Numbered from the stretch's first letter, positions 42,283 to 50,732 are shown. The stretch: 51,715 nucleotides of DNA from Terrimicrobiaceae bacterium (GCA_041752695.1 JBGSVZ010000080.1:1-51715); one strand, 5' to 3'. Program-made: numbers and translations. Notes: a model not told the origin generated them from the sequence alone.

Positions 42283-43272
42283 TTACCAGCCGAGGACGAT
42301 GGCAAAGACCAGCGGTGCGACGATGGAGGCGTCGGACTCGATGATGTATTTGGGCGTTTCGATGCCGAGTTTGCCCCAGGTGATTTTTTCGTTGGGGACG
42401 GCGCCGGAATAGCTGCCGTAGCTGGTGGTCGAATCGCTGATTTGACAGAAATACCCCCAGAGCGGCACTTCGTCGCGCTGCAGGTCCTGGTGCAGCATGG
42501 GGACAACACAAATCGGAAAGTCGCCCGCGATGCCGCCCGCAATCTGGAAAAACCCGATGGAACCCAGATCGTTGCCAAGGACTTTGGCATTGGCCGTGTA
42601 CCACTCCGCCCACTGGATCATGTATTCAATGCCGGTGCGCACGGTATGAACATTTTTCACGTCGCCGCTGATGCAATGGCCGGCATACATATTGCCGAGG
42701 GTGGAGTCCTCCCAGCCGGGGACAATCATGGGGAGGTTTTTTTCCATCGCGGCCATCATCCAGCTATTCTTGGGATCAATCTGGAAGCTCTCCTTCAATT
42801 TCCCGCTGCGCAGGATTTTGTACATGAACTCGTGCGGGAAATACCGTTCGCCCGCCTGGTCGGCCGCGACCCACTCTTCCAGCACGACCTTCTCGATGCG
42901 GCGCATCGCTTCCATCTCGGGAATGCAGGTGTCGGTCACGCGGTTCATGTGCCGGTCGAGGAGTTTCTGTTCGTCCTCAGGCGTGAGATCCCGGTAGTTC
43001 GGCACCCGCTCGTAATGATCGTGAGCGACGAGGTTGAAGATGTCCTCTTCGAGATTTGCGCCGGTGCAGCAGATGGCATGCACCTTGTCCTGCCGGATCA
43101 TTTCCGCGAGGGAGAGCCCCAGCTCGGCGGTACTCATGGCTCCCGCCACGGTGACCAGCATCTTGCCTCCGGCAGCCAGATGGGCGTTGTACCCTTCCGC
43201 CGCGTCCTTGAGGGCGGCGGCATTGAAATGACGGTAATGATGCGTGATGAAATCGGTGATCGGGCTGCTCAT
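42283..43272 (-). CDS. Deoxyhypusine synthase-like protein (bacterial polyamine/homospermidine-type)
   Basis: AGAMSTAELG, TGANLEED, GGIAGDF, YGSYSGAVPNEKITWGK. Confidence 0.9.
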   Translation of the reverse strand: MSSPITDFITHHYRHFNAAALKDAAEGYNAHLAAGGKMLVTVAGAMSTAELGLSLAEMIRQDKVHAICCTGANLEEDIFNLVAHDHYERVPNYRDLTPEDEQKLLDRHMNRVTDTCIPEMEAMRRIEKVVLEEWVAADQAGERYFPHEFMYKILRSGKLKESFQIDPKNSWMMAAMEKNLPMIVPGWEDSTLGNMYAGHCISGDVKNVHTVRTGIEYMIQWAEWYTANAKVLGNDLGSIGFFQIAGGIAGDFPICVVPMLHQDLQRDEVPLWGYFCQISDSTTSYGSYSGAVPNEKITWGKLGIETPKYIIESDASIVAPLVFAIVLGW

Positions 43273-43383
43273 GGTGTGGAGAAAAGAGGAACTCTCAGAG
43301 GAAACGGGAACCGGGGATTTTATCAAGCGCTCAAAAGCGCGGGAGCCGGTTTTTCTTTCATGAGGGTTGGAGGAAACGGTGCC

Positions 43384-43443
43384 GTTGGAGTACAGGCTTC
43401 AGCCTGCTCTTCGGTTCGGACAGCCTAAAGGCTGGACTCCAAC
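43384..43443. repeat. 60-bp REP doublet (REPIN-like), copy 1
   Basis: GTTGGAGTA-CAGGCT-TC-AGCCTG ... CAGCCT-AA-AGGCTG-GACTCCAAC: two internal palindromes inside terminal inverted repeats. Confidence 0.9.
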
Positions 43444-43477
43444 GATAACGACACTGCCCTACGGGACCGCGAGGTTT

Positions 43478-44128
43478 CTATCTCTCCGATCGAGTGGCGA
43501 CTTTCGCGATGTCGCCGGCAATCGACTGCGCCTTCGGAAGTTCCTCGAACGGATACGACATCATCCACCGACCATCCGGCCCGATCAGGTAGGCGTCGGC
43601 TGTATGGTCCACATTATAGATCTGGGGATCATTCGCCTCCGGTTTTTCTTTCGTATAGGACGCCTTGAATTTGTAGGCCGTCCCCAGCAGCGCCGTGGCG
43701 TCTCCCGTGAGCCCGAGGAACGCCGGGTCATAAAAGGTCACATAGTCCTTCAGCCGCTCCAAAGAATCCCGCTGCGGGTCCACGCTGATAAAAAGAAACT
43801 GCACCTTATCGCGCACATCCGCCGGCAGCGCCTCCTTGATGGCGGTAAAATGTGAGAGCGTCGCTGGACAGATGCTTGGGCAATGGGTGAACCCAAAGGC
43901 GAAAAAAACCGTCTTGCCGCGAAACTGTTTCAATTCGACCGGCTGGCCGTTGTGGTCGGTGAGTTGGAAGTTAAAAGCCTCGACGGGCTTGAAAAGCAAC
44001 TGCTCAACTGCGCTGTGTGCATGAGCCTGCGGGTCGCGCATGGCCAGCCTCGCCCCCGCGATCCCCAGCGCGATGAGCAAAAGGAGAAAGACGGGAAAGG
44101 CGAATTTTTTCCAAGGGGGCACGCTCAT
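43478..44128 (-). CDS. SCO1/SenC-family copper chaperone
   Basis: N-terminal TM anchor, FGFTHCPSICP (CxxxC), SVDPQRD, VDHT His ligand. Confidence 0.93.
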   Translation of the reverse strand: MSVPPWKKFAFPVFLLLLIALGIAGARLAMRDPQAHAHSAVEQLLFKPVEAFNFQLTDHNGQPVELKQFRGKTVFFAFGFTHCPSICPATLSHFTAIKEALPADVRDKVQFLFISVDPQRDSLERLKDYVTFYDPAFLGLTGDATALLGTAYKFKASYTKEKPEANDPQIYNVDHTADAYLIGPDGRWMMSYPFEELPKAQSIAGDIAKVATRSER

Positions 44129-44129
44129 G

Positions 44130-44189
44130 GTTGGAGTCCAGCCTTCAGGCTGTCCGAGGCAAAGAGCAGGCTAAAGCCTGGACTCCAGC
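44130..44189. repeat. 60-bp REP doublet, copy 2 (inverted relative to copy 1)
   Basis: Reverse complement GCTGGAGTCCAGGCTTTAGCCTGCTCTTTGCCTCGGACAGCCTGAAGGCTGGACTCCAAC aligns without gaps to copy 1. Confidence 0.9.
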
Positions 44190-44219
44190 ATTCTACAGAT
44201 TCACCGGGCCGGGGCGTGC

Positions 44220-44648
44220 TCATTTCGGTTCCCGGCGCAAGACGAGGGCGTTGATGGTCATCGTCCCACCCGGCTTAACAGTGAGAACCAACGGCACGTT
44301 TTGCCCGGGCTTGAGCGGCGCCTTCAAGCCGTAAATCATGATGTGGTCGCCGCCCGGAGCCAGCGTGACGCGGCCCCCGGCCGGCACTTCGAGATAAGGC
44401 ACATCCTTCATGCCCATGCGGCCCTCGGTCTTCGTTGTGATCATCGGCGCGACCCGCGCGGCGACATCCGTTTTCCCTCCGGTGACACGAACGGGCACCG
44501 TGCTGGTATTGACGAAGGTCATAAACGCCGCCGTGTCTTTCGCTCCCGGAGGCACGGCAAAGACCCATGGCGACTCCACTTTTAAAGGCACCTCCGAGCC
44601 TAAAACCCAGGACGCTCCTAGAAAAAAGGACAGAACAATGATTTTCAT
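44220..44648 (-). CDS. Periplasmic copper chaperone PCu(A)C
   Basis: Signal peptide; M-X10-M-X21-H-X-M spacing (APM...GM...GGDHIM). Confidence 0.92.
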   Translation of the reverse strand: MKIIVLSFFLGASWVLGSEVPLKVESPWVFAVPPGAKDTAAFMTFVNTSTVPVRVTGGKTDVAARVAPMITTKTEGRMGMKDVPYLEVPAGGRVTLAPGGDHIMIYGLKAPLKPGQNVPLVLTVKPGGTMTINALVLRREPK

Positions 44649-44727
44649 AAGTTTTTGGATAGATTCCTAATATCGCACCGGCGTGACCGAAAAACAAACC
44701 CCGCTCAAACGTGCCAGACCGCTGCTT

Positions 44728-45489
44728 TTATTGATACTCCACCAGACGATAAAAAACGCGCGGTCTCCCCCCAAGGGGATCCGAAAATTCCACAGGGGCT
44801 CCGGTTCCGTCGAGCGTTCCAATGGTGGCCCAGTCGTTGGCCTGCAAGGTCGTGCTGCTCTGCACGTCGTAGATGAGATTCCCACGACTGGCAAAGGTCA
44901 GTTTGATCTCGTTGTTTTCCAGGGAAATTCCGAGAGGCGGCGGAGAGATCGCGGTGAACCGGACGGTAAAAGTCGCACTGGGCGAAGAGTTTCCCGTGGT
45001 ATCCACCGCCCGGAACGTCACGTCATAGACCCCGGCTTTGTCCATGGTAAAAACCCGGCCGTGAATATGGCCATAGCCCGTCCCGTCTTCGCTCACCGGA
45101 AAGGAGGGTAGATCGGAAGGCGTCGCCGTCCATCCTTCCTCCTTGGTCCAGGTCGGGGTGCTTGCTCCCGCCTCCCAGAAGGAGAATTGCCCTCCCACCG
45201 GACCACTCACGGACACCACTTCAACTTGAACATAGGAAGGTGATGGAACGCTCAGGACTTCCCCTTCAATACTAAAGGTCAGTTCACTCGCGAAGGTCCC
45301 GCCCGGAAACGAGCTGAGGTAGTTGCTGGGCTTTTCCCCAGCCGGAAAATAGGTCGCAAGTTGCTCCAGATTGCCCGAAACGGCAAGTTTGGTGGGATCG
45401 GCCGGGGCCAACCCGATTTCCAAATGATCGTGGGCCCGCGCCATCCAGGGAACGGCGGCGAGAATGAAGGTCAGGAGGATGTGTTTCAT
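44728..45489 (-). CDS. Secreted His-motif surface protein with verrucomicrobial-type C-terminal FYRL beta-domain
   Basis: Signal peptide ending ARA|HDH; GHIHGRVFT..AGVYDVTFRA resembles TIGR03769/choice-of-anchor-M-like domains; C-terminal YDVQSSTTL..W...FYRL. Confidence 0.7.
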   Translation of the reverse strand: MKHILLTFILAAVPWMARAHDHLEIGLAPADPTKLAVSGNLEQLATYFPAGEKPSNYLSSFPGGTFASELTFSIEGEVLSVPSPSYVQVEVVSVSGPVGGQFSFWEAGASTPTWTKEEGWTATPSDLPSFPVSEDGTGYGHIHGRVFTMDKAGVYDVTFRAVDTTGNSSPSATFTVRFTAISPPPLGISLENNEIKLTFASRGNLIYDVQSSTTLQANDWATIGTLDGTGAPVEFSDPLGGRPRVFYRLVEYQ

Positions 45490-46115
45490 GGTTCGAGAAA
45501 AGTTCCGGCAGGTGCGTTGAGACGGGAAGTGACTTCGCTGATGGAAAGGCTTTCGGTGTGTCCATCCACAAACAGGTAGTTTGCGGCTGTGCCGTGACGA
45601 CTGACCCCGACGGCAGACTTAAACTGGTTAAAGGTCACCCTCGTGCGGGATCCGGCGAAATGAAAGTGCTCGGACGAATAGGAATCGGACGTCTCCGCCA
45701 CGGCCATGGTCGCAGACGGAGCCCGGCATTGTGGGGCCTTGACACCAACCCCGTCGGTCCCCGCCAGCAAATCATTCCACGCGTACGTCACCGGGTCGGA
45801 GGACTTCGGGTTAGCCGGACAGCGCCCGATGAAATTGGTGGAAAGGTATCCCGAAAGGGTATTGACCCACGACACGGCGACGCCGGCGTGACTGGTGTTC
45901 GGCAGACGGCCGTCGTTTTCCCCGGCATACATCTGCATGGCCATGCCAATCTGCCGGAGCGAGCTCAGGCATTTGACGGAGTGCGCCTTTCTCAGGGAGG
46001 TTTGCGCCACACCGACGCCCAACGCAATGAGGGTGCCTGAGATTGCCGTCACCACGAGCAATTCGACCATGGTAAATCCGGCGAGGTTTCTGGAATTTCT
46101 GGAACGTGCGGTCAT
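45486..46115 (-). CDS. Prepilin-type N-methylation / H-X9-DG domain protein (pseudopilin-like)
   Basis: G|FTMVELLVV cleavage site, CLSSLRQIG, CP, SEHFHF, RH-GTAANYLFV-DGH; ATGA-coupled to the next gene. Confidence 0.9.
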   Translation of the reverse strand: MTARSRNSRNLAGFTMVELLVVTAISGTLIALGVGVAQTSLRKAHSVKCLSSLRQIGMAMQMYAGENDGRLPNTSHAGVAVSWVNTLSGYLSTNFIGRCPANPKSSDPVTYAWNDLLAGTDGVGVKAPQCRAPSATMAVAETSDSYSSEHFHFAGSRTRVTFNQFKSAVGVSRHGTAANYLFVDGHTESLSISEVTSRLNAPAGTFLEP

Positions 46116-46172
46116 GACTAAGTTCCCGGTCTCCGACCCGGGTTAGCGGGCCGGAGAGGCAGGATTTTTTGG

Positions 46173-47189
46173 TTAAGAGTGGCAATTTCGTTTGCGACGC
46201 AGGATGGTCAATCCCACTGTCCCGAGAGCAACAAGGAGGCCGGCGGAAGGCTCGGGAACAGCTCCCACCGTGACGCCAATGCCATAAGTATTGAAGGTCG
46301 TGCTGTTCGCGTGATCCGACGATTGCGCGGCATAGTTGGCCCCACCGACAAACAGATAATAGTCCCCCGGACCGAGGTCAGTGAAGGTCGCACTGATGAA
46401 CCCGTCGGCCAGGCCGTCCCCGGTTATTCCCGGAACCGTGCCGAAATTTGCCGCGGTGCCATCCACGGCGTATCCCACATGGGTGAACAGCATCGAGACC
46501 GCGGAGTCGTTGAAAATCTCCCAATCCTCGGTGGCGGCGAAAGCGCCTTCCTTGCCGGAACCGCCCAGACTCATGTCCTGCAACCCATTGCCATTCGTAT
46601 CGGTGAAGGCATCACCCGGCTCCCAGAAACCATTGCCGTTCACGTCGGTGAATTGTTCCCCGGGGTTCCAAATCAGGTCGCCGTTAGTATCCACGAAGGG
46701 ATCTCCCGCCTCATAACCGGCGTTGCCATTCGTGTTCGTGAACGATTCACCGGGAACAGCCGTTCCAAACGTCGTCGAGAGGTGATTTACCGTGGCAACG
46801 CCGGAATCGTGAGTCGAGGCGACAAACGTCGGCGTGGTGTAGAGCGAAAACCCGGGCAACAATGTATCGACCGGGCCGGTCTGCCCGGCGGCATTGCGCG
46901 TCTGGACGGTGATGGTAACCGTTTGTGTGGTCGCGATGGTGAATTTGAAGGGGGTCAGGCGGTGGGAATCGCCCCAATTGGCGTCGGTGCCATCCGCCCA
47001 GCCGAAGCTGCCGGAGACCGTGCGCAGATTATTGGTGACCGTGACTCCATCAATCGGCTGCACGCCGGTCGCGACGGCGTCACCGTCCAAGGTACGATCG
47101 CCGCCGACGCTGACATGCGCGGACGCCGCCACAAGGCTGGCCATCAGGCCTGCGGTGGTGGCGATCAGAAAGGGATTAAGAATTTTCAT
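46173..47189 (-). CDS. PEP-CTERM exosortase-target surface protein
   Basis: Signal peptide ending ASA|H; C-terminal VPEPS, TM helix and RRKR; start at ATG 47189. Confidence 0.92.
   Translation of the reverse strand: MKILNPFLIATTAGLMASLVAASAHVSVGGDRTLDGDAVATGVQPIDGVTVTNNLRTVSGSFGWADGTDANWGDSHRLTPFKFTIATTQTVTITVQTRNAAGQTGPVDTLLPGFSLYTTPTFVASTHDSGVATVNHLSTTFGTAVPGESFTNTNGNAGYEAGDPFVDTNGDLIWNPGEQFTDVNGNGFWEPGDAFTDTNGNGLQDMSLGGSGKEGAFAATEDWEIFNDSAVSMLFTHVGYAVDGTAANFGTVPGITGDGLADGFISATFTDLGPGDYYLFVGGANYAAQSSDHANSTTFNTYGIGVTVGAVPEPSAGLLVALGTVGLTILRRKRNCHS
46575..46751 (-). repeat. Four 15-aa DxNGNG (EF-hand-loop-like) repeats inside the PEP-CTERM protein
   Basis: GESFTNTNGNAGYEA / GDPFVDTNGDLIWNP / GEQFTDVNGNGFWEP / GDAFTDTNGNGLQD. 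Confidence 0.85.
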
Positions 47190-47397
47190 AAAAGTACGTT
47201 CGATTTGTTGCTTCTCTGCGCAGGGAGAGAATCCCGTCGCAGCGCGGCGCGGGATGGGTTGGTAGTTCTCCAGAGAATTCCGAAGCGATGTCCGGGATCC
47301 GGACGAAATTCTCCACGCTAACTTAGGAAGGCCGCCGACTGATTTGTCGGCGGACAAAGACGCGCAGGCATGGTGCCAACGCTTGAAAAAAGAGGAC

Positions 47398-47802
47398 CTA
47401 GATCCCGATGGGGACCGGATCAGACGGGAGGGAAGGACGTGCGGCGCATGCCAAATCCTTGGGAAACTGATAAGCAAAAGGTTTCGCCAGTGGGGCGGGT
47501 AAAATATCCTGACCGGAGGCAAGAAACACCTCGGCTTTTTTGGTCACTTGCACCGTGGTCGGAGATTTTTCCTCCTTCTGCTTTTCCTCGACGATCACCT
47601 TGCACATCGAGCAAGGGGCTTCGCCGCTGAAGGTCTTCTCGACGGCCTCCGCGACCGTGCCCTTTTCCGAGTACTCGCGGATCATCTGGGCCCAGGCCAC
47701 GGTTTGAAATACCGCCCAGTGCCCGCCCGCGATGGAAAACAGGGCGAGACTTAGGAAAGCCAGACCGCACGCGCGGATGAGTTTGGAGCGGAAGTGGACC
47801 AC
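47398..47802 (-). CDS. DUF2946-like protein (N-terminal hydrophobic segment, CxxC, Pro-rich C-terminus); candidate regulatory leader ORF
   Basis: GGHWAVFQTVAWAQM, PCSMC, C-terminal ARPSLPSDPVP; first gene of the metal-chaperone cluster, followed by a 208-nt spacer. Confidence 0.65.
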   Translation of the reverse strand: MVHFRSKLIRACGLAFLSLALFSIAGGHWAVFQTVAWAQMIREYSEKGTVAEAVEKTFSGEAPCSMCKVIVEEKQKEEKSPTTVQVTKKAEVFLASGQDILPAPLAKPFAYQFPKDLACAARPSLPSDPVPIGI

Positions 47803-47965
47803 TTAGAGAAGAGTTAAAGCCGGACGTGCCCTGATTTGTCGAGAAATTTCTCCCCAAGAGGGCGTCTATCAATGCCTTTTCTTGGGAAATTTCAGGGGGC
47901 TCTTGCCTTGGTATCCCCGGGTGCCGAGGGCCCGGAACTCTCCAAATTTTGGCTTTAGCGAGGGT

Positions 47966-48574
47966 TCAAAGCGTCTCCCAGGCGTCCAGCACAATCTGCG
48001 ACCAGGTTTCCAGATTATCACGGCGGGCACGCAATTCTTCCACGGTGAAAAACCCGAGTTCCGCGATGGCTTTTTCCCCCGCGCTGACCGCCGAATGGTT
48101 CAGCGTCACAATGTGCACGATGCCGAGATGGACGCGACCGACCTCGTTCGAGTCGTCGTTGATCAGGGCCGCCACGCGATCCGTGTAGCCGCCCTCAAAT
48201 TGCAACTCCTCCTCAATCTCCCGATGCACCGCGGCACGGTAGGCGTCGCGATCGAAGGAAAACAGACTCTCGTCGCCGTCATTGATGTGCCCGCCGATCC
48301 CGATGGAACCCTTGGCCACGAGACGCTTCTCGCCCGACTTCGCGCCGCGCACGTAGTGCAGGATTTTTCCCTCGAAGGTGAAAACCGCATACGGGATGAT
48401 CTGCTTGTGCGAGGGATCATCCTCCGCCTTGGAACGGGGCAGAAAATAGTTATTCTCCCGCTTCAGGAACGCGTCGATGTAGCGGTCCGTCCCGGCTTCC
48501 AGCCCCTGAAAAGCTCCCAGTTCCTCAAAAAGCGCGCGGCGCACCACGAGCACATTTTCATCTTGTTTGGCCAT
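47966..48574 (-). CDS. NUDIX-like phosphoesterase family hypothetical protein
   Basis: AEDDPSHKQIIPY, SIGIGGHIN, REIEEEL, VGRVHLG. Confidence 0.75.
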   Translation of the reverse strand: MAKQDENVLVVRRALFEELGAFQGLEAGTDRYIDAFLKRENNYFLPRSKAEDDPSHKQIIPYAVFTFEGKILHYVRGAKSGEKRLVAKGSIGIGGHINDGDESLFSFDRDAYRAAVHREIEEELQFEGGYTDRVAALINDDSNEVGRVHLGIVHIVTLNHSAVSAGEKAIAELGFFTVEELRARRDNLETWSQIVLDAWETL

Positions 48575-48620
48575 GAACCGCGCATGCTGAACGCCACCCG
48601 ACCCTCCGCCAAGTTTCGAT

Positions 48621-48677
48621 TTCACGAAACTGTTGCGCAAAAGGGTTGCCATTCGTCTGAATTCACGCAACAGTTGC
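48621..48677. promoter_or_regulatory. Two LacI-type operator-like sites in the divergent promoter region
   Basis: TTCACGAAACTGTTGC (48621-48636) and TTCACGCAACAGTTGC (48662-48677), 41 bp apart; the second contains the palindrome GCAAC-A-GTTGC. Confidence 0.55.
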
Positions 48678-48682
48678 ATCCA

Positions 48683-49807
48683 GTGAAACTCCAACGCGTC
48701 TCCCTCGATCATATTGCCAAACTAGCCGGCGTTCATAAGGCCACCGTCTCCCGCGCCCTGCGCAACCATCCCACCATCCCCAAGTCCACCCGCGACCGCA
48801 TCCAGGAAATCGCCCGCAAGGAAGGATATCGTCCGAATCCGCTGGTCGCCATGTACCAGGCCCAGGCGCGCTCCAGTCGCCCGACGGCAATGCAGGCGGC
48901 CATGGGCTGGCTGAACGACTACCCGAACGCCGCCTCGTGGAACGAGTTCCCGTGGCTGCGGGGCTATTTGACCGGGGCTCGTCAGCGCTGTGCGGACATG
49001 GGATATCGGCTTGAGGAAATCAGCCTTTCCACGGCCAGCGGAGACTCTTTCGAAGAGGAGGCGGCCCGGGCCTCGCGCGTCCTGCGCAGCAAGGGCATCT
49101 ACGGCATTATCATGCCGCTTATGCTCAATTACCAATACCTGCTCGCCGAGTGGGAGAACTGCGTTGTTTCCCTGATCGGCAGCGGGCATCTGCGGCCTCC
49201 GCTCGGGCTTGATGGACTGCAATCCCAATTCTACCCCCAGCGTTTCCCCATCGCGGATCGCGACCTGTATTTTAACGTCCGGCTGGCATTTCAGAATGTG
49301 CTCAAACTCGGCTACACGCGGGTCGGCCTCATTTACAGCCGCTACGTGGATGCCGAAGCCAACGGTTTGGCGCAGGCCGGTTATCTTATCGAGCAAAGCC
49401 ACCAGCCCGAAAGCGAACAGGTTCCCATCCTCTTCCTCGAACGGTTCAAGGAAGGCCGGCCACCCGCTTTCGACCGCTGGCTGGAGGAATACAAACCCGA
49501 CGCCATCCTGTGCCTCAATCCCGTCGTCCGCGATTGGGTGGAGGAGTTGGGCCTCAAGGTCGGCGACGACATCGGCCTGGCCAACCTGAACCTCGTCTCC
49601 GACGTTTCCGACTGGGCCGGCGTGGATGAACAGCACCAGGAAATTGGCGCTGCCGCCGTGGACATTCTCATCGGTTCCCTGAGCCGCAACGAACTCGGTC
49701 TGCCTCCGGAACCCCGCCGCATCCTTATCCCCGGCGAATGGGTCCCCGGCTCCACCCTGCGCGCTCCCCAGCTCCAGCAGGAGGTCTCCGCCCTCACCCG
49801 GCGCTGA
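48683..49807 (+). CDS. LacI-family transcriptional regulator
   Basis: SLDHIAKLAGVHKATVSRAL HTH, GYRPNP hinge, C-terminal IPGEWVPGSTL; GTG start. Confidence 0.9.
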   Translation: MKLQRVSLDHIAKLAGVHKATVSRALRNHPTIPKSTRDRIQEIARKEGYRPNPLVAMYQAQARSSRPTAMQAAMGWLNDYPNAASWNEFPWLRGYLTGARQRCADMGYRLEEISLSTASGDSFEEEAARASRVLRSKGIYGIIMPLMLNYQYLLAEWENCVVSLIGSGHLRPPLGLDGLQSQFYPQRFPIADRDLYFNVRLAFQNVLKLGYTRVGLIYSRYVDAEANGLAQAGYLIEQSHQPESEQVPILFLERFKEGRPPAFDRWLEEYKPDAILCLNPVVRDWVEELGLKVGDDIGLANLNLVSDVSDWAGVDEQHQEIGAAAVDILIGSLSRNELGLPPEPRRILIPGEWVPGSTLRAPQLQQEVSALTRR

Positions 49808-50554
49808 TCACGCCCGCGGCAAGTGCGAGGTGCAATACTCGCGCCCGTCGTCCGTCACCCGGAAGTCGGCTTCGGGATTCGACATCTCGGTGATGCCGCA
49901 GGCCTCGCACCGATGCAGGGCTGCGCTGACATCAAGCTTCGCCGCCTCAAATTTTGCCCGCCGGGCGTGGGTCGATTTCCGGTCTTTCGCCTGACGGAAC
50001 AACTGCGGGCCGAAAAAGGCGAGGTAGTTGACCAGGCACGCCAGAATGGACAACTGCGTCGCCGTTCCTCCGCTGATAAAAAGAAACCCCCACGGGTAAA
50101 CCAGACTGATCAACGCCACCCATTTCAGCTTGAGCGGAAAGAAGAAAAACAAGATTTCCATGTCCGGCTCCAGCGTGGCCAGCGCGAGCAGCAGGGAAAA
50201 ACTCAGGATCAGGCTGCCGAAACTCATGCCGAAGAAAAAGGCCGCCGCCGTGCACCCAGCCATGCCGAGCAAATAATAGAGATTCAGCCGCGCCGTTCCC
50301 CACGTCGCCTCCAGCATGTCCCCGGCCCACCACGTGAACATGAGGTAAAAAAAGATCCACAGCATGCTGTTGGTGGTCGGAATAAAAATCCACGTCACCA
50401 ACCGCCACACCTGACCTTCCAGGATCAGTGCTGGGTCCAATACAATGAGTTCCAGGACGGGCCGTTTCAGCAGGACCAACAGAAACACCAAAGCGTTGAG
50501 CATCACGACATAGCGGATGAGGCCCGGAATGGCGAGGCGGGAAAGAAAAGTCAC
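49808..50554 (-). CDS. Rhomboid-like/Derlin-like membrane protein with C-terminal Cys motif
   Basis: AIPGLIRY, GQVWRLVTWIFIP, C-terminal HRCEACG...EYC..HL; start uncertain. Confidence 0.7.
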   Translation of the reverse strand: MTFLSRLAIPGLIRYVVMLNALVFLLVLLKRPVLELIVLDPALILEGQVWRLVTWIFIPTTNSMLWIFFYLMFTWWAGDMLEATWGTARLNLYYLLGMAGCTAAAFFFGMSFGSLILSFSLLLALATLEPDMEILFFFFPLKLKWVALISLVYPWGFLFISGGTATQLSILACLVNYLAFFGPQLFRQAKDRKSTHARRAKFEAAKLDVSAALHRCEACGITEMSNPEADFRVTDDGREYCTSHLPRA

Positions 50555-50732
50555 AGCCGGGGAATGTGTCCCCTCTCGCGCGTCTTGGCAAGGAGCCGCA
50601 TTGTGGGCGCTGCGGCGGGGTCCCATTTCCGTCGGCTTCCCTCTCGCGGTGACCGTGCTCCACAGCGCAGCGTCGCAAGCCGCAGGCAATTTCCAATCCC
50701 GCGCTCCCTTGCCTTCGCCATTTCCGTCGCGA

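Noticed and set aside
43384..44189. CRISPR array interpretation of the palindromic repeats
   Set aside because: Only two copies, inverted and separated by a whole gene; no spacers and no cas genes.
47882..48682. 641-aa ORF suggesting a LacI fusion with a long N-terminal domain
   Set aside because: The extension is antisense to the NUDIX-like gene; the HTH begins at GTG 48683.
50555..50732. GC-rich spacer read as an N-terminal extension of the rhomboid-like ORF, or as a REP remnant
   Set aside because: The extension has no protein-like features and I could not define a convincing repeat.
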